Assembly: GCA_965612745.1 (NCBI GenBank)
Contig: CBFDTD010000002.1
Span: forward strand, 36 to 64,035
Source: an uncultured bacterium
GTDB lineage: Bacteria > Chloroflexota > Anaerolineae > B4-G1
Length of the DNA stretch: 64,000 nt
Direction of reading: 5' to 3'
Of this stretch, positions 1 through 10,780 are shown in pieces (the first letter of the stretch is position 1; each line of letters begins with the position of its first letter). The notes below the pieces were generated by a model. That model worked only from the letters and a program-made list of their open reading frames with translations, was not told the DNA's origin and ran no database searches. A program made the translations under genes and the position numbers.

Positions 1-102
1 GTGGCGCTCACCTATCGGCTTATCCGTTGCCTATCCGCTGCACCAGGCACACGCCCGGCGGTGAACCACAGGGCTCAGCCAGCCAAGCCCTGCGGGCTCA
101 TC

Positions 103-801
103 TCAGCCCTGCAGGGGCTTTGTTCCTGAGCCGGAGGCTTGAGCAGAGCGGAGCCTCCGGCTTTCATCGGCGTTCTGTTCCTCCCTATACCAGCCCGGTC
201 GAGCCATTGTCCCCTCCCAGCCGTGCTCGGCCCACACCTGCCGCTCGTGAGGTAGATCTATGATTTTCTTGACTGCCAGTGACAGGAACAGGGCCAGTGT
301 GTAGGCTGTCATCCACGGCCCGTAGCCGAGGGCCAGCGGCAGGAAGATCACAGCCGCGATGCCGACGACCACGCTGCGGTTGAAATCGCGCATCAGCAGA
401 TGGGCCAGGCCAAACACGCCCACCCCGGCCAGCGTCGAGTAGGGCAGCAATCCAAGCAGGAAGCCCAACGATACCGCCACACCCTTACCACCCTGCCAAT
501 GTAAGAAGATCGAGAAATCATGGCCGACCACGGCGGCGAAGCCGCACAGCAGCAGTACGGGCAGCGGCACGTTCAGTGCGCGGGCCAGCAGATAGGCCGC
601 CAGTCCTTTGAGACCATCCAGAATGGCGGCCAGCATGCCCCATTTCATGCCCACCACGTGCGCCACGTTGCGCGCACCCACGTTTCCCTCGCCCACCTGG
701 CGGATGTTCAGTCCGGTGCGCCAGCGCGCGATAATATACGAAAAGGGAATCGCACCCAGCAGGTAAGCGGCCAGCAGGGCGGTCACATCTCTACCAGACA
801 T
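103..801 (-). CDS. plsY: glycerol-3-phosphate acyltransferase PlsY (paralog 1); roughly 45-aa non-conserved C-terminal tail
   Basis: 232-aa ORF, multi-TM, PlsY-type motifs (GARNVAHV, HDFSIFL, GGKGVA); a plus-strand hairpin+T-run (128-170) lies inside the tail. Confidence 0.8.
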   Translation of the reverse strand: MSGRDVTALLAAYLLGAIPFSYIIARWRTGLNIRQVGEGNVGARNVAHVVGMKWGMLAAILDGLKGLAAYLLARALNVPLPVLLLCGFAAVVGHDFSIFLHWQGGKGVAVSLGFLLGLLPYSTLAGVGVFGLAHLLMRDFNRSVVVGIAAVIFLPLALGYGPWMTAYTLALFLSLAVKKIIDLPHERQVWAEHGWEGTMARPGWYREEQNADESRRLRSAQASGSGTKPLQG

Positions 802-825
802 CGTGACCTCCTCGGTTTGGCCTGC

Positions 826-1395
826 TCAAACGCCTCTCTCGACGCTGGCGTCGCTCACGTGGTCATTGCGCACGCCGCGCAGACTCCCCACCGCGCCGAA
901 GAACTGGGGCAAGAACTCGTTCATCAGGCGGCGCCAGCGCAGCACCAATGTCATCCCCAGATAGGCCACGGCCAGCCAGCCAAAGGCGGGCGCCTCCTGG
1001 AAAGCCGCCCACAACAGGATCACGTAAGGCAGAGCGTAGAAGGGCCAGGCCAGTTGATGGGAGTGCAGGCACCAGAAGAGCAGAATTGCCAGCACCAGCC
1101 CCCCTCCTACCCAGGCCGGAACATAGCCGCTCAGGACCAGGTAGACCGCGATGCCCAGCGAGACGGCCAGGTCGGCCTCGGCGTCGTGTTCACCCACCCA
1201 GGTGGTGTGCCAGGCCTCGTCGCGACGGGCCAGCGGGCCGTCGAGCAGGTCGCTCAACCAGGCGATGATGACAGCGGTGACGACGGTGGGCAGGACGGAC
1301 CTTCCCTGGGATAGTCCCAGCCCGGCGATGCAGAGCCCCAAGATAGCGCGGGCGATGGTCAGCGTGTCGGCCAGTGGTTTGGTGTGTTTCAACAC
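826..1395 (-). CDS. CDP-alcohol phosphatidyltransferase family protein
   Basis: D-G-x2-A-R...G-x3-D-x3-D motif (DLLDGPLARR...EHDAEADLAVS); start trimmed to GTG at 1395, 5 nt after a GGAGGG Shine-Dalgarno; 8-nt overlap (GTGTTGA) with the upstream plsY2 stop. Confidence 0.75.
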   Translation of the reverse strand: MLKHTKPLADTLTIARAILGLCIAGLGLSQGRSVLPTVVTAVIIAWLSDLLDGPLARRDEAWHTTWVGEHDAEADLAVSLGIAVYLVLSGYVPAWVGGGLVLAILLFWCLHSHQLAWPFYALPYVILLWAAFQEAPAFGWLAVAYLGMTLVLRWRRLMNEFLPQFFGAVGSLRGVRNDHVSDASVERGV

Positions 1396-2075
1396 TGTGT
1401 CCCTCCTCTTTTTTGATCGGGCGTTGAATTCTCCGGCCGGCGATGGGCCCACGTCTCCCAGTCCTCGATGTCCCGGTCCAGGAGCAGGCGGCGGGCCAGC
1501 ACCCGCCAGCGCTCCGAGCCGGGTGGCAGGGGCTCCCGATTGGCCTCCAGCCGCTTGGCGACGATGAGGAAGAACATCCCCACGCAGGCCCACACCATCG
1601 CCGGGGGCTGCCCGGTGATGTGGGCCAGCATTGGGAGGGTGACGAAGCCCACCAGCGGCATCACCGGATTGCGCAGCAGCCGCCCGATGGCCAGTGCCAC
1701 CAGCATCCAGGGAAAGCCCAATGGAAAGGCCACCGTCAACACGCCCAGGCAGGAGCCGATGCCCCGTCCGCCGTGGAAGCCCAGGTAGAGCGGCCAGTTG
1801 TGGCCCACAACGGCGGCCAGGCCGGAGGCCAGCGCGGTGGGCAGCCCCAGCCCCAGCCGCAGCCCCAGCCAGGTGGGCAGTGCCGCCTTCCCCATGTCCA
1901 GCAGCCCCACCACGACGACGGCCGGGCGGGAGACGTTCTCGTAGACGTTGGAGCCGGTGACGGCGTGGGTGCCGTACCGGCGAATGTCAATCCCCCGCAT
2001 CAGCCGGCCGGCCAGATAGGCGAAGGGGATCGAGCCCATCAGGTAGCCGATCAGTACCCATAAAATGTGAAGCAC
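1389..2075 (-). CDS. plsY: glycerol-3-phosphate acyltransferase PlsY (paralog 2)
   Basis: PlsY-like multi-TM protein (GSIPFAYLAGR, HNWPLYLGFHGGRGIG); start trimmed to GTG at 2075, 11 nt after a GGGAGGAG Shine-Dalgarno that lies within the DegV 3' end. Confidence 0.75.
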   Translation of the reverse strand: MLHILWVLIGYLMGSIPFAYLAGRLMRGIDIRRYGTHAVTGSNVYENVSRPAVVVVGLLDMGKAALPTWLGLRLGLGLPTALASGLAAVVGHNWPLYLGFHGGRGIGSCLGVLTVAFPLGFPWMLVALAIGRLLRNPVMPLVGFVTLPMLAHITGQPPAMVWACVGMFFLIVAKRLEANREPLPPGSERWRVLARRLLLDRDIEDWETWAHRRPENSTPDQKRGGTQC

Positions 2076-2083
2076 AGCGTATA

Positions 2084-2929
2084 CTACTCCTCCCAATAGA
2101 AAGTCACGCCCAGGGCCCCAGGGCCACCGTGCGCTCCCAGCACCGGGGTCAGTGTCGTCAGGTGTAGTTCGGCACAATAAAAGCGCTCTGCCACTGCCTG
2201 ACGCAGATGTTCCGCCCTCTCCAGGGCATCGGCGTGGAACACGGCTACGTGGAGCGGGCCACTATGTGCTCTCTCGGTCATCAGTTCCAGCAAGCGGTGG
2301 GCGGCCCTGGCTCGACCGCGAGCCAGGCCGAGTATGCGTAATTGTCCCGCCTGCAGGGAGAGCATGGGCTTGACTCGCAATGCTGGCCTGAGCAGATTTG
2401 CCGCGACGGACAATCGTCCACCCCGCACCACGTACTCCAGCGTATCCAACGTGGCCAGGAGTTGGACCCTCGAGATGACTTCGCGCATCTTCTCTACTAC
2501 ATCGGTCAGGCTCGCCCCCGCTGCGGCAAGCCGGGCCGCCGCTAAGACGACGAACCCCTGTCCCATGCAAGCCGAGCCGGAGTCCACGATCCGGATGGGC
2601 AGCGATGAGACCTGACGTGCGGCCGCCATTGCCGAACTCAACGTGCCGCTCAGTTTCTTGGGCAGGTGAATGGAGACGATAGCGCGGGCCTGTTCGGCCA
2701 GTCGCTGATAGACCTCCACGAACTCGCCGACGGATGGCTGCGAGGTGGAAAAAGGCCCCTTACCATCGCGCAAACGGCGGTAAAACTCATCGGCGGTGAT
2801 GTCCACCTGGTCGCGGTAGAGCCGCTCCCCCAGGCGAAGCCAGAGGGGAACGACGTGGATGTGGTATTGGCGCACCAACTCAGCCGGCAGGTTGGCCGCC
2901 GAATCGGTCACCACAGCGACCTCGCGCAT
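2084..2929 (-). CDS. DegV family fatty-acid-binding protein (FakB-like)
   Basis: 281 aa; AVVTDSAANLP N-terminus; typical DegV fold motifs. Confidence 0.85.
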   Translation of the reverse strand: MREVAVVTDSAANLPAELVRQYHIHVVPLWLRLGERLYRDQVDITADEFYRRLRDGKGPFSTSQPSVGEFVEVYQRLAEQARAIVSIHLPKKLSGTLSSAMAAARQVSSLPIRIVDSGSACMGQGFVVLAAARLAAAGASLTDVVEKMREVISRVQLLATLDTLEYVVRGGRLSVAANLLRPALRVKPMLSLQAGQLRILGLARGRARAAHRLLELMTERAHSGPLHVAVFHADALERAEHLRQAVAERFYCAELHLTTLTPVLGAHGGPGALGVTFYWEE

Positions 2930-2953
2930 CTCTCCCCCCTTCTCGCTGCTCGC

Positions 2954-3814
2954 TCACTCCGCTGTACCATCCTCACTGTAGAACGCCAGCCCCACCAGCC
3001 CCGGTCCGGCCGCGCTGCCCATCACGGGCGTGAACTCGGTGACAAGCAACTCCAGGCAATCGAAGCGGGCCGCCACCTCCTGACGCAGTTGCTCTGCCTC
3101 GGCGGGGGCGTCGGCGTGCATCACCGCCACGTGGACCGGATGGCCTCCCACGTGTCTTTCCATCTCCTGCAGCATCACGCGCAGGGCCTTCCGTGGCGTG
3201 CGCGGTCGGGCCAGGAGGTCTACTCCCCGACCATCAATGCACAGGATGGGTTTGATGTTCAGCGCCGAGGCGGCCAGGCTCACCGCCCGCCTCACCCGTC
3301 CTGTGCGCCGCAGGTATTCCAGCGTGTCCAGCATACCGAACACCTTGGTGCGACGGCTCACCCTCTCCGCCTCCCGGGCCACCTCCTCCGGGTTGGCTCC
3401 ACCCGCCGCTGCCCGCGCTGCTGCCAGCACGGCGAACCCCTGGCCCATGGCCGCCGTACCGCTGTCAATGACCTGTACGGGCACCACCCCTTCCACCGCC
3501 TCGCTCGCCACCCGTGCTGCCTGATAAACCGCGCTCAGTTTGGAGGAGACGTGGATGGAGACGATGCTCTCTACTTTCTCTCTCAGCCGGGTGTAGACCT
3601 GTATAAAGTCACCCACAGACGGAGCCGAAGTCGTGGGCAGGCTCCTGACCTCTCTCAGGCGACGATATACCTCGCCGGGCGTGATGTCCACGCCGTCCCG
3701 ATAGGTCTGATCGTCCCACAGGAGCAGAAGGGGCACCACGTGGATGTGGTATTCCTTCACCAACTCCATCGGAAGGGCGGCGGCGGAATCGGTGACCACT
3801 GCCACCTGGTTCAT
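2954..3814 (-). CDS. DegV family fatty-acid-binding protein (second paralog)
   Basis: 286 aa; VAVVTDSAAALP N-terminus; paralogous to 2084-2929. Confidence 0.85.
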   Translation of the reverse strand: MNQVAVVTDSAAALPMELVKEYHIHVVPLLLLWDDQTYRDGVDITPGEVYRRLREVRSLPTTSAPSVGDFIQVYTRLREKVESIVSIHVSSKLSAVYQAARVASEAVEGVVPVQVIDSGTAAMGQGFAVLAAARAAAGGANPEEVAREAERVSRRTKVFGMLDTLEYLRRTGRVRRAVSLAASALNIKPILCIDGRGVDLLARPRTPRKALRVMLQEMERHVGGHPVHVAVMHADAPAEAEQLRQEVAARFDCLELLVTEFTPVMGSAAGPGLVGLAFYSEDGTAE

Positions 3815-3817
3815 CGC

Positions 3818-4225
3818 TCACCTCCTCTTGTCAGACCAATAAGCGCCGATGCGCCCGACCCCCATAGCCAGCCCGAAGGCCAGGACGATCGAGCCAGCGA
3901 CGTTGATGTCCTGCCATCTCCAACACCCAGGGCAGGGCAGGATCCCTCCCAGCCAGGCTCCTCCGACCCCGGCCGCCAGGGTGGTCCAGATACCCCCCGG
4001 CGGTTCACGGCCCTGCATCAGGTATCTGCCGCTGACGTAGCCGGCGAGCAGCCCAATGGCTAAAACGACCGGCGCGCTCCATGTCCCGGTCGTTTCTGCT
4101 GATTCCCCGGTGGGGGGAGGGGCCAGATATTCCAGCCCGTAGGTGAGCAGCCCCCACAGAGCGGTGATAACCAGCAGGATCAGTACCACCCCGCCCAGCG
4201 AGAGTTTAGGATCACGGGTAGACAC
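3818..4225 (-). CDS. small integral membrane protein (4 predicted TM helices, Gly-rich)
   Basis: 135-aa hydrophobic ORF; stop 4 nt upstream of the DegV start; good GC3. Confidence 0.55.
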   Translation of the reverse strand: MSTRDPKLSLGGVVLILLVITALWGLLTYGLEYLAPPPTGESAETTGTWSAPVVLAIGLLAGYVSGRYLMQGREPPGGIWTTLAAGVGGAWLGGILPCPGCWRWQDINVAGSIVLAFGLAMGVGRIGAYWSDKRR

Positions 4226-4389
4226 ATAGCCTCCTGTGTACCGGCCCGGCGGCCGGCCAGGCCAATTTTAGTGGCTTCGCTCACCAAGCCCAGCAGATTT
4301 GGCAATCCGTGGGAGCGGATGGGCAGCCATTTTATTTTAGCACGTGGGGATTAAAAAGAGGGGAGAAGAGGATAAAAAACGCATGAAAA

Positions 4390-5076
4390 TCACGGCCTGC
4401 GGAAGCGGTATCCCACCCCGCGCTCGGTGAAGATATACCGGGGCCGGCTTGGGTCCGGCTCCAGTTTGCTCCGCAGGCGACCGATGTAGACGCGCAGGTA
4501 GTCAATCTCGTCCACGTATTCCCGCCCCCAGACGCGCGTCAGGAGCGTTTCGTGGGTGAGGACGCGGCCGGCGTTGCGCACCAGGTGGTAGAGCAGCCTG
4601 TACTCGGTATTAGTCAGCGCTACCGGCCTTCCGGCCACCGTCACCTCCCGCGTGACGAAATCCACCCGCAGGTCATCACAGACGAAGGGCTCCTCGTGGG
4701 CCAGGGGCCAACTCTGCGTCCGGCGCAGCACCGCCCGGATGCGGGCCAGCAGTTCCAGGTGCCCGAAGGGCTTGGTGACGTAATCATCCGCCCCCAGTTC
4801 CAGCCCGCGCACCTTGTCCAACTCGCCTTCCCTGACGGTGACCATGATCACCGGCACGTCGGAGAAGCGGCGTATCTCCTGCAGAACCTCAAAGCCATCC
4901 ATCTCCGGCATTGCCACGTCGAGCAGGACGATGTCCGGGTTCTCCTGGGCCACCAGTTCCAGCGCCTGCTCCCCTTCGGAGGCGGTCAACACCTCCCAGT
5001 CGGGTTCCTGGAAGTTCAGGCTCCAGGTGATGACTTTGAGCATATCGGGTTCGTCGTCTACGACCAGGACTTTCAT
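4390..5076 (-). CDS. OmpR/PhoB-family response regulator
   Basis: REC domain (VLVVDDEP...DVAMPEMDG) plus winged-helix C-terminus (...GVGYRF); 4-nt overlap with the kinase gene. Confidence 0.9.
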   Translation of the reverse strand: MKVLVVDDEPDMLKVITWSLNFQEPDWEVLTASEGEQALELVAQENPDIVLLDVAMPEMDGFEVLQEIRRFSDVPVIMVTVREGELDKVRGLELGADDYVTKPFGHLELLARIRAVLRRTQSWPLAHEEPFVCDDLRVDFVTREVTVAGRPVALTNTEYRLLYHLVRNAGRVLTHETLLTRVWGREYVDEIDYLRVYIGRLRSKLEPDPSRPRYIFTERGVGYRFRRP

Positions 5077-6842
5077 TTGGGGATGGTGAAATAGAACCGG
5101 CTGCCCGCGCCGGGCTGGCTCTCCACGCCGATGCTTCCTCCGTGGAGGCTCACCAACTGACGGGCGATGTACAGCCCCAGGCCCACGCCGGCCGGACTTC
5201 GCCCGGTGCTCAGGGTGTAGAACCTGTCAAAGATGTGCTCCTGCTCTTGCGGCGGAATGCCAGGCCCATCGTCCTGCACACTTACTTCTACGGCTTCTTC
5301 CCGCTCCCGCACGCTTACCTGGATGTGACCGCCCCTGGGAGTGAACTTGTGGGCGTTGGAGAGCAGGTTATTGAGCACTTGCTCGATACGCCGCCGGTCC
5401 ACAGAGACCGGGCTGAGACGCGGTGGCAGATGCAGGGTGACCCTTTGCTGCCACTCCTCCGTCAGAGGAACGAAGGCCTGCACCGTACGTTTCACGAGGG
5501 CACGCAGGTCGGTGGGTTGCCGGCTGAGGGTCACTTGCCCCGCCTCCAGCCGGGTGACTTCCAGAAGGTCGGCGACCAGTCCCTCCAGTCGTTTGGCATG
5601 GTGCTCGATAGTCTCCAGCAACTCCCGACGCATCTCGGCGGAGCAAGCCTCTCCCTGCTCTCGCAGCAACGCCAGCGAGGTCATCAGAATGGTCAAGGGG
5701 GTGCGCAGTTCGTGGGAGACGGAGGAGACGAAACCGGCCTGAAGCCGCTCCAGCGCCTGCAACTGCTCCACCTGCCGCTTTTCGGCCTGGTAGAGGCGGG
5801 CGTTGCGCACGGCGATAGCCGCCTCCTGGCCCAACGCGCTGAGGAACGTCAGGTCTTCCGCGCTGTAGTCGCGGGGCTCACGGTGGCCGACGTCCAGGAA
5901 GCCGATGGGCCGGCCGTTCAGGAGCAGGGGCACCGAGGCTCCGCAGACGATGCCCTCGTGCTGTAGCGTGGTCAGGAAAAGGCGATACTGCTCCGGGGGA
6001 GAGAAGGACGGCGCAAAGACGTAGGGCCGGCCTGTTTCGAGCATCGTTGTCACTAGTTCGTCCTCCATCGGCCAGCGCACATCGGCCAGAGATACGCTGT
6101 CCATCCCGTGCACCGCCGCCGGCCGCAGGCGACGCCCGTCCTCCTCAACCAGGGAGACAAACGCGACGTCCGCCTCCAGGACGCGGCAGGAGGCCGTGAC
6201 CACCGTCTGTAGCACGTGCTGGAGATCCAGGCTGGTGCTCAATTGCTGGAAAATCTCGTTCAGGGCGGTGAGGCGGGAGACCAGTGCTCTCTCCCGCTCC
6301 GTCTCCTGACGCTCCTGGCGGAGTTGCTCCAGGAACAGGGCGCACAGGATGGCGACCAACGGCAGCAGTGCCGATTTGACCACCACGCTGTAGATAGTGT
6401 AAGGAAACTGATGGCTGGCCGGGTTGAGTAGGCAGATGGTGACGTACAGGACGTGGAGCAGCAGGGCCACGACGACGGTCTGCACCAGGTTCAGGTAAAA
6501 AGCGGCACCGGCGACGATGAAATAGAAGATGACGAAGAAACTGGAGTGGAAGCCCCCTGTCAGGTAGATGGCGACGGCGGCGACCAGCGCGTCCAGGGCC
6601 AGGAGGTTGAGGGGGCGGCGGGGCCAGACGAAGAGGCGACCCAGTGCCTGCATCAGGAGGTTGTAGACGACGACGGCAGGGAACACGGTGGACATAGGGA
6701 GCAACACGCCCACGGTGAAGGGATTGAAGAGGGAAAGGATGAGGACCAGCAGCAAAGCCAGCCAGCGCAGGCCCATGAAAACGGTGTCTTTCCCTCTGGG
6801 ACGGAGGAGATACGCCTTTAAATCCTTGATTCTCCCTATCAT
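5073..6842 (-). CDS. sensor histidine kinase with N-terminal multi-TM region and GAF domain
   Basis: H-box HELRTPLT, HATPase_c G-boxes (GGSIGVES...GSRFYFTIPK), hydrophobic N-terminus. Confidence 0.9.
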   Translation of the reverse strand: MIGRIKDLKAYLLRPRGKDTVFMGLRWLALLLVLILSLFNPFTVGVLLPMSTVFPAVVVYNLLMQALGRLFVWPRRPLNLLALDALVAAVAIYLTGGFHSSFFVIFYFIVAGAAFYLNLVQTVVVALLLHVLYVTICLLNPASHQFPYTIYSVVVKSALLPLVAILCALFLEQLRQERQETERERALVSRLTALNEIFQQLSTSLDLQHVLQTVVTASCRVLEADVAFVSLVEEDGRRLRPAAVHGMDSVSLADVRWPMEDELVTTMLETGRPYVFAPSFSPPEQYRLFLTTLQHEGIVCGASVPLLLNGRPIGFLDVGHREPRDYSAEDLTFLSALGQEAAIAVRNARLYQAEKRQVEQLQALERLQAGFVSSVSHELRTPLTILMTSLALLREQGEACSAEMRRELLETIEHHAKRLEGLVADLLEVTRLEAGQVTLSRQPTDLRALVKRTVQAFVPLTEEWQQRVTLHLPPRLSPVSVDRRRIEQVLNNLLSNAHKFTPRGGHIQVSVREREEAVEVSVQDDGPGIPPQEQEHIFDRFYTLSTGRSPAGVGLGLYIARQLVSLHGGSIGVESQPGAGSRFYFTIPK

Positions 6843-7672
6843 TACCCCTCAACAACCAGCACTCCCCACAGCAACCATCCGGCTATGAGGATAATCACCA
6901 CGGCGAAGACCCGCCTGAGCCATTTCCGGCCCACCTTAGGGGCTAACTGGGCCCCAATGTGCCCACCAACGGAGGCGATCACGGCCAGCGGCAGGGCCAA
7001 AGCCAGATTCAGGCGGCCGGCCATCAGATGGCCTAACAACCCGGTCGCTGCTGTGAACGTGACCATCAACGCCGATGTGGCGGCGGCAATGTCCATCGGC
7101 ACATCGCCCAACAACACCATCGCTGGAACCTTCAAAAGGCCCCCCGAGATGCCCTCCGCACCGGCAAGCAGGCCGGCCAGTGCCGTGACCGGCATCAGGA
7201 TAGCCAGGTTGACCTGATACTCGCGGTTGGCGAAACGGCGGTGCCATCCCCGCCGGCCGGTCAGCAGCCCGCCATCATTGAGGAAATGCACCGGATACAG
7301 CATCAGGCACCCGGAGGAGAGCAAAAGAAGAGCGAGTACCCCCTTCAACATCCTCACGCTGACTGCGCTGGAGAAATAGCCGCCGATGAAGGCCGTCGTG
7401 AATGTCAGCGGCTCAATGCACAATGCCAACTTCCAATCCACCCGCCTCGCCCGCCCGTAGACCAGTGTGGCCGAAAGCGATGCCACCAGGATGATAAACT
7501 GGCTGACTAGCGCTGACTGATGAAAAGGAACCCCCAGCACCAATAGAAGCGGCATATATAGCGTCCCCCCGCCTATCCCGATCATTGAGGAGAGGATGGA
7601 GACAAACAGAACGAGGACGCAGGCGATACCTTCGTTGAGCGTGGCAATCTCCTTGGGATAGTAGAAATACAT
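6842..7672 (-). CDS. TauE/SafE family sulfite/anion exporter
   Basis: multi-TM with GIGGG and PLLL motifs; start trimmed to the internal Met (MYFYYPKE). Confidence 0.8.
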   Translation of the reverse strand: MYFYYPKEIATLNEGIACVLVLFVSILSSMIGIGGGTLYMPLLLVLGVPFHQSALVSQFIILVASLSATLVYGRARRVDWKLALCIEPLTFTTAFIGGYFSSAVSVRMLKGVLALLLLSSGCLMLYPVHFLNDGGLLTGRRGWHRRFANREYQVNLAILMPVTALAGLLAGAEGISGGLLKVPAMVLLGDVPMDIAAATSALMVTFTAATGLLGHLMAGRLNLALALPLAVIASVGGHIGAQLAPKVGRKWLRRVFAVVIILIAGWLLWGVLVVEG

Positions 7673-7845
7673 CGTGCCGTGATACCATTCTCTCACGGCA
7701 CGGCACAATTGTCAAGGGAGCCACGTGTTGCATAAGTGGAGGCCCGAACTTGTTCGTGCTTCGCTCAGGCCCTTCCACAGCGAGTTGCGGTCTCCGGAGC
7801 CCCTCGTTTCCCTTAAGCCGATGCTCCTGGTGCCGACGTGAAGGT

Positions 7846-8566
7846 TCAATCCAGCCGCCGCCGTAGGATGACCGCAGCCAGCGCGAAGAGCAGCGCTGTG
7901 AACCCGGCCAGCACCGCCAGATCAAAAGCCATCGGCCAGCCGGGCGTGCCCAGCAGGGCCGCCTCCACAGCCTCTACCGCGTAGGTCAGCGGCAGGGCTC
8001 TGGCCAGCACCTGCAGGACGGCGGGCAGGCGGCTCAGGGGCACGAACACGCCGCAGAGGAAGATCATCGGGAAACGGAGCAGGTTGGCCAGCGTCTGCGC
8101 CTCGAAGACCTCCCGCACGGCCACGGAGACAAGGGCTCCCAGCGCGGAGAAGGCTGCCGTGGAAAGAAGGAGCGCCAGAAACGCCGGGGCCAGACGCCAG
8201 GCCGCCAGGCCGAAGCCGGCGGTCACCCCCACCAGCACCACCGCGCTGATCGCCAGCCCGAAGAGGATCCCGCCCAATACTTTCCCCGCCAGCATCGCCG
8301 GCAGGGTGATGGGGGCCAGCATCAACCGTTCCAGGGCTCCCGTTCGCCGCTCAAAGGTGATGACGATGGCCTCCATCGAGGTGGCACTGAAGAGGGCGGT
8401 CATCGTCACCAGGCCGGGGGCCAGAACCCGCAGGTCGCCGGGGGTGCGGATGGCGAAGGCCAGGATGAGCGCGCCGGGGAAGAGTATCCCCCAACTGATG
8501 TTGGGTGGCTTGAGATAGTAAGCCCGCATGTCCTTGAGGGCGATGTAAAAGATGCCGCGCAGGTCA

Positions 8567-8577
<11 letters not shown>
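7846..8577 (-). CDS. ABC-2 type transporter permease
   Basis: 243 aa, six hydrophobic segments; overlaps the ATPase gene. Confidence 0.8.
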
Positions 8578-9481
<904 letters not shown>

Positions 9482-9496
9482 AGATCTCCTGCTCCT

Positions 9497-10687
9497 TCAC
9501 GGGCAGCGCACGATGTCCTGTGCCCACAGGCAGTCGGCACAGGAGGGACACCAGCCCCAGCAGCCCTCGTTGGCCTCGGTGATGTCGCACGTGTCCCGCA
9601 GGTCGCAGTCCACGCAGGAGGGGAAGTTGAAGCGGCGCACCTCGGCGCGGAAACGGACGTACTCATCGGAGGTCCAGATCTCCGCCAGGGTGGCTTCATT
9701 GACGTTGCCCAGGGTGTAGCGGGTGACCTCCTTGCGGCGACCAAAGATGTAATAGGGATAGGAGTGGGAGAGGGCGTAGCAAGGGCTCACGCCACCATCC
9801 CAGCCTATCACCGGCGCATTGCTGGCGATGAAGCGGCAGCGCCGCTCCGCTCCCCAGTTCATCCTCGGCAGTTCCAGCGTGCCCCAGAGGAGCCAGTCGC
9901 CGCTTCTGACGGGCCAGCCGGTAGAGAGGGGCAGGGGTGGGGTCTCGTCCCGACCATACAGCGTCTCGGCCGCCATCTCGGGGGTGTGGGGCAGGACGTG
10001 AGTCACGATGACCCGGTTGGCCCCCAGCCGCCGGGCCTGCTCCATCACGGCAGGCAACTCGGCCACGTTACTCTTCAGCGCCACGAACTCGATCCCCAGA
10101 CGGGGGAACGAGGTCCCCCGCTCCGCCTTGATGCGGTTGAGGGTCTCGATGTGGCCCAGCACCGTCCGCAGGTCGGCCCCCCGCCGCACGTCGGCGTAGG
10201 TGTCCGGGTCGGCCCCGTCCAGCGAGACCATGACGACATCCACCCCCAGGTGTACCAGCGCCTCGGCCCGCTCTTCGTCCAGCAGCGTGCCGTTGGTGCT
10301 GACGGTCACCTTGAGGCCCAGGTCCTTGACCGCTGTCAGAAAGTCCAGGATACGGGGGTGGACGAAAGGCTCGCCGTAGCCGCCGAAGACCACCTCGCGC
10401 AGTTCCGGCAGGTCCCGCAGTTGGGCCACGACCCGCTCAAAAGTGGCCGGCGGCATATCTTCCAGCGGCTCATTCCACACGTTGCGCACACAGGTGCGGC
10501 AGTGAAGGTTGCAGCGCGTGGTGGCCTCCAGGTAGACCTTGCGCACATCGGGACGGAGAGGGTGGAGCACCAAGCCGGTCTCCGTCTCCTCCAACAGCAC
10601 TTCGCCGCCGGCCTCCCAGCCATAGCGGCGGCGAAGTGCGGTAGGAATCGTCAATCGTCCGTTGGCATCAAGATTCACTCTGGGCAA
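9497..10687 (-). CDS. radical SAM/SPASM-domain peptide-modifying enzyme with N-terminal AbrB/SpoVT-like swapped-hairpin domain
   Basis: CNLHCRTC (CxxxCxxC) radical SAM motif; Cys-rich C-terminal SPASM region (CYALSH...CVDCDLRDTC...CWGWCPSCADC); N-terminal ~45 aa (GRLTIPTALRRRYGWEAGGEVLLEETETGLVLHP) resembles AbrB/MazE; TTG start 6 nt after a GAGGAGG Shine-Dalgarno. Confidence 0.85.
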   Translation of the reverse strand: MPRVNLDANGRLTIPTALRRRYGWEAGGEVLLEETETGLVLHPLRPDVRKVYLEATTRCNLHCRTCVRNVWNEPLEDMPPATFERVVAQLRDLPELREVVFGGYGEPFVHPRILDFLTAVKDLGLKVTVSTNGTLLDEERAEALVHLGVDVVMVSLDGADPDTYADVRRGADLRTVLGHIETLNRIKAERGTSFPRLGIEFVALKSNVAELPAVMEQARRLGANRVIVTHVLPHTPEMAAETLYGRDETPPLPLSTGWPVRSGDWLLWGTLELPRMNWGAERRCRFIASNAPVIGWDGGVSPCYALSHSYPYYIFGRRKEVTRYTLGNVNEATLAEIWTSDEYVRFRAEVRRFNFPSCVDCDLRDTCDITEANEGCWGWCPSCADCLWAQDIVRCP

Positions 10688-10780
10688 GAGGGACCTCCTC
10701 GAATCTGGCGGTAACTCAATTTTGCCATATCCATCTCACTTGCGTGCTCTTCCCACCGGGAAGATGGCATCCTCCGCTCA

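Noticed and set aside
128-170. Plus-strand hairpin plus T-run (GAGCCGGAGGCT...AGCCTCCGGCTTTCAT) as a terminator of an upstream plus-strand gene or small RNA
   Set aside because: It lies inside the 3' tail of the minus-strand plsY ORF, and the putative upstream plus-strand transcript would originate outside the window. There is not enough context to call it, so it is left as a note.
520-1314. Long plus-strand ORFs antisense to the plsY / CDP-alcohol phosphatidyltransferase genes (also 948-1268, 1443-2063, 2666-4063, 8654-10714, 18275-18982, 38057-39040, 43489-44730 and others)
   Set aside because: These are typical spurious antisense ORFs in high-GC DNA. They overlap strongly supported genes on the other strand, have biased Arg/Gly/Pro compositions, and have no ribosome-binding sites.
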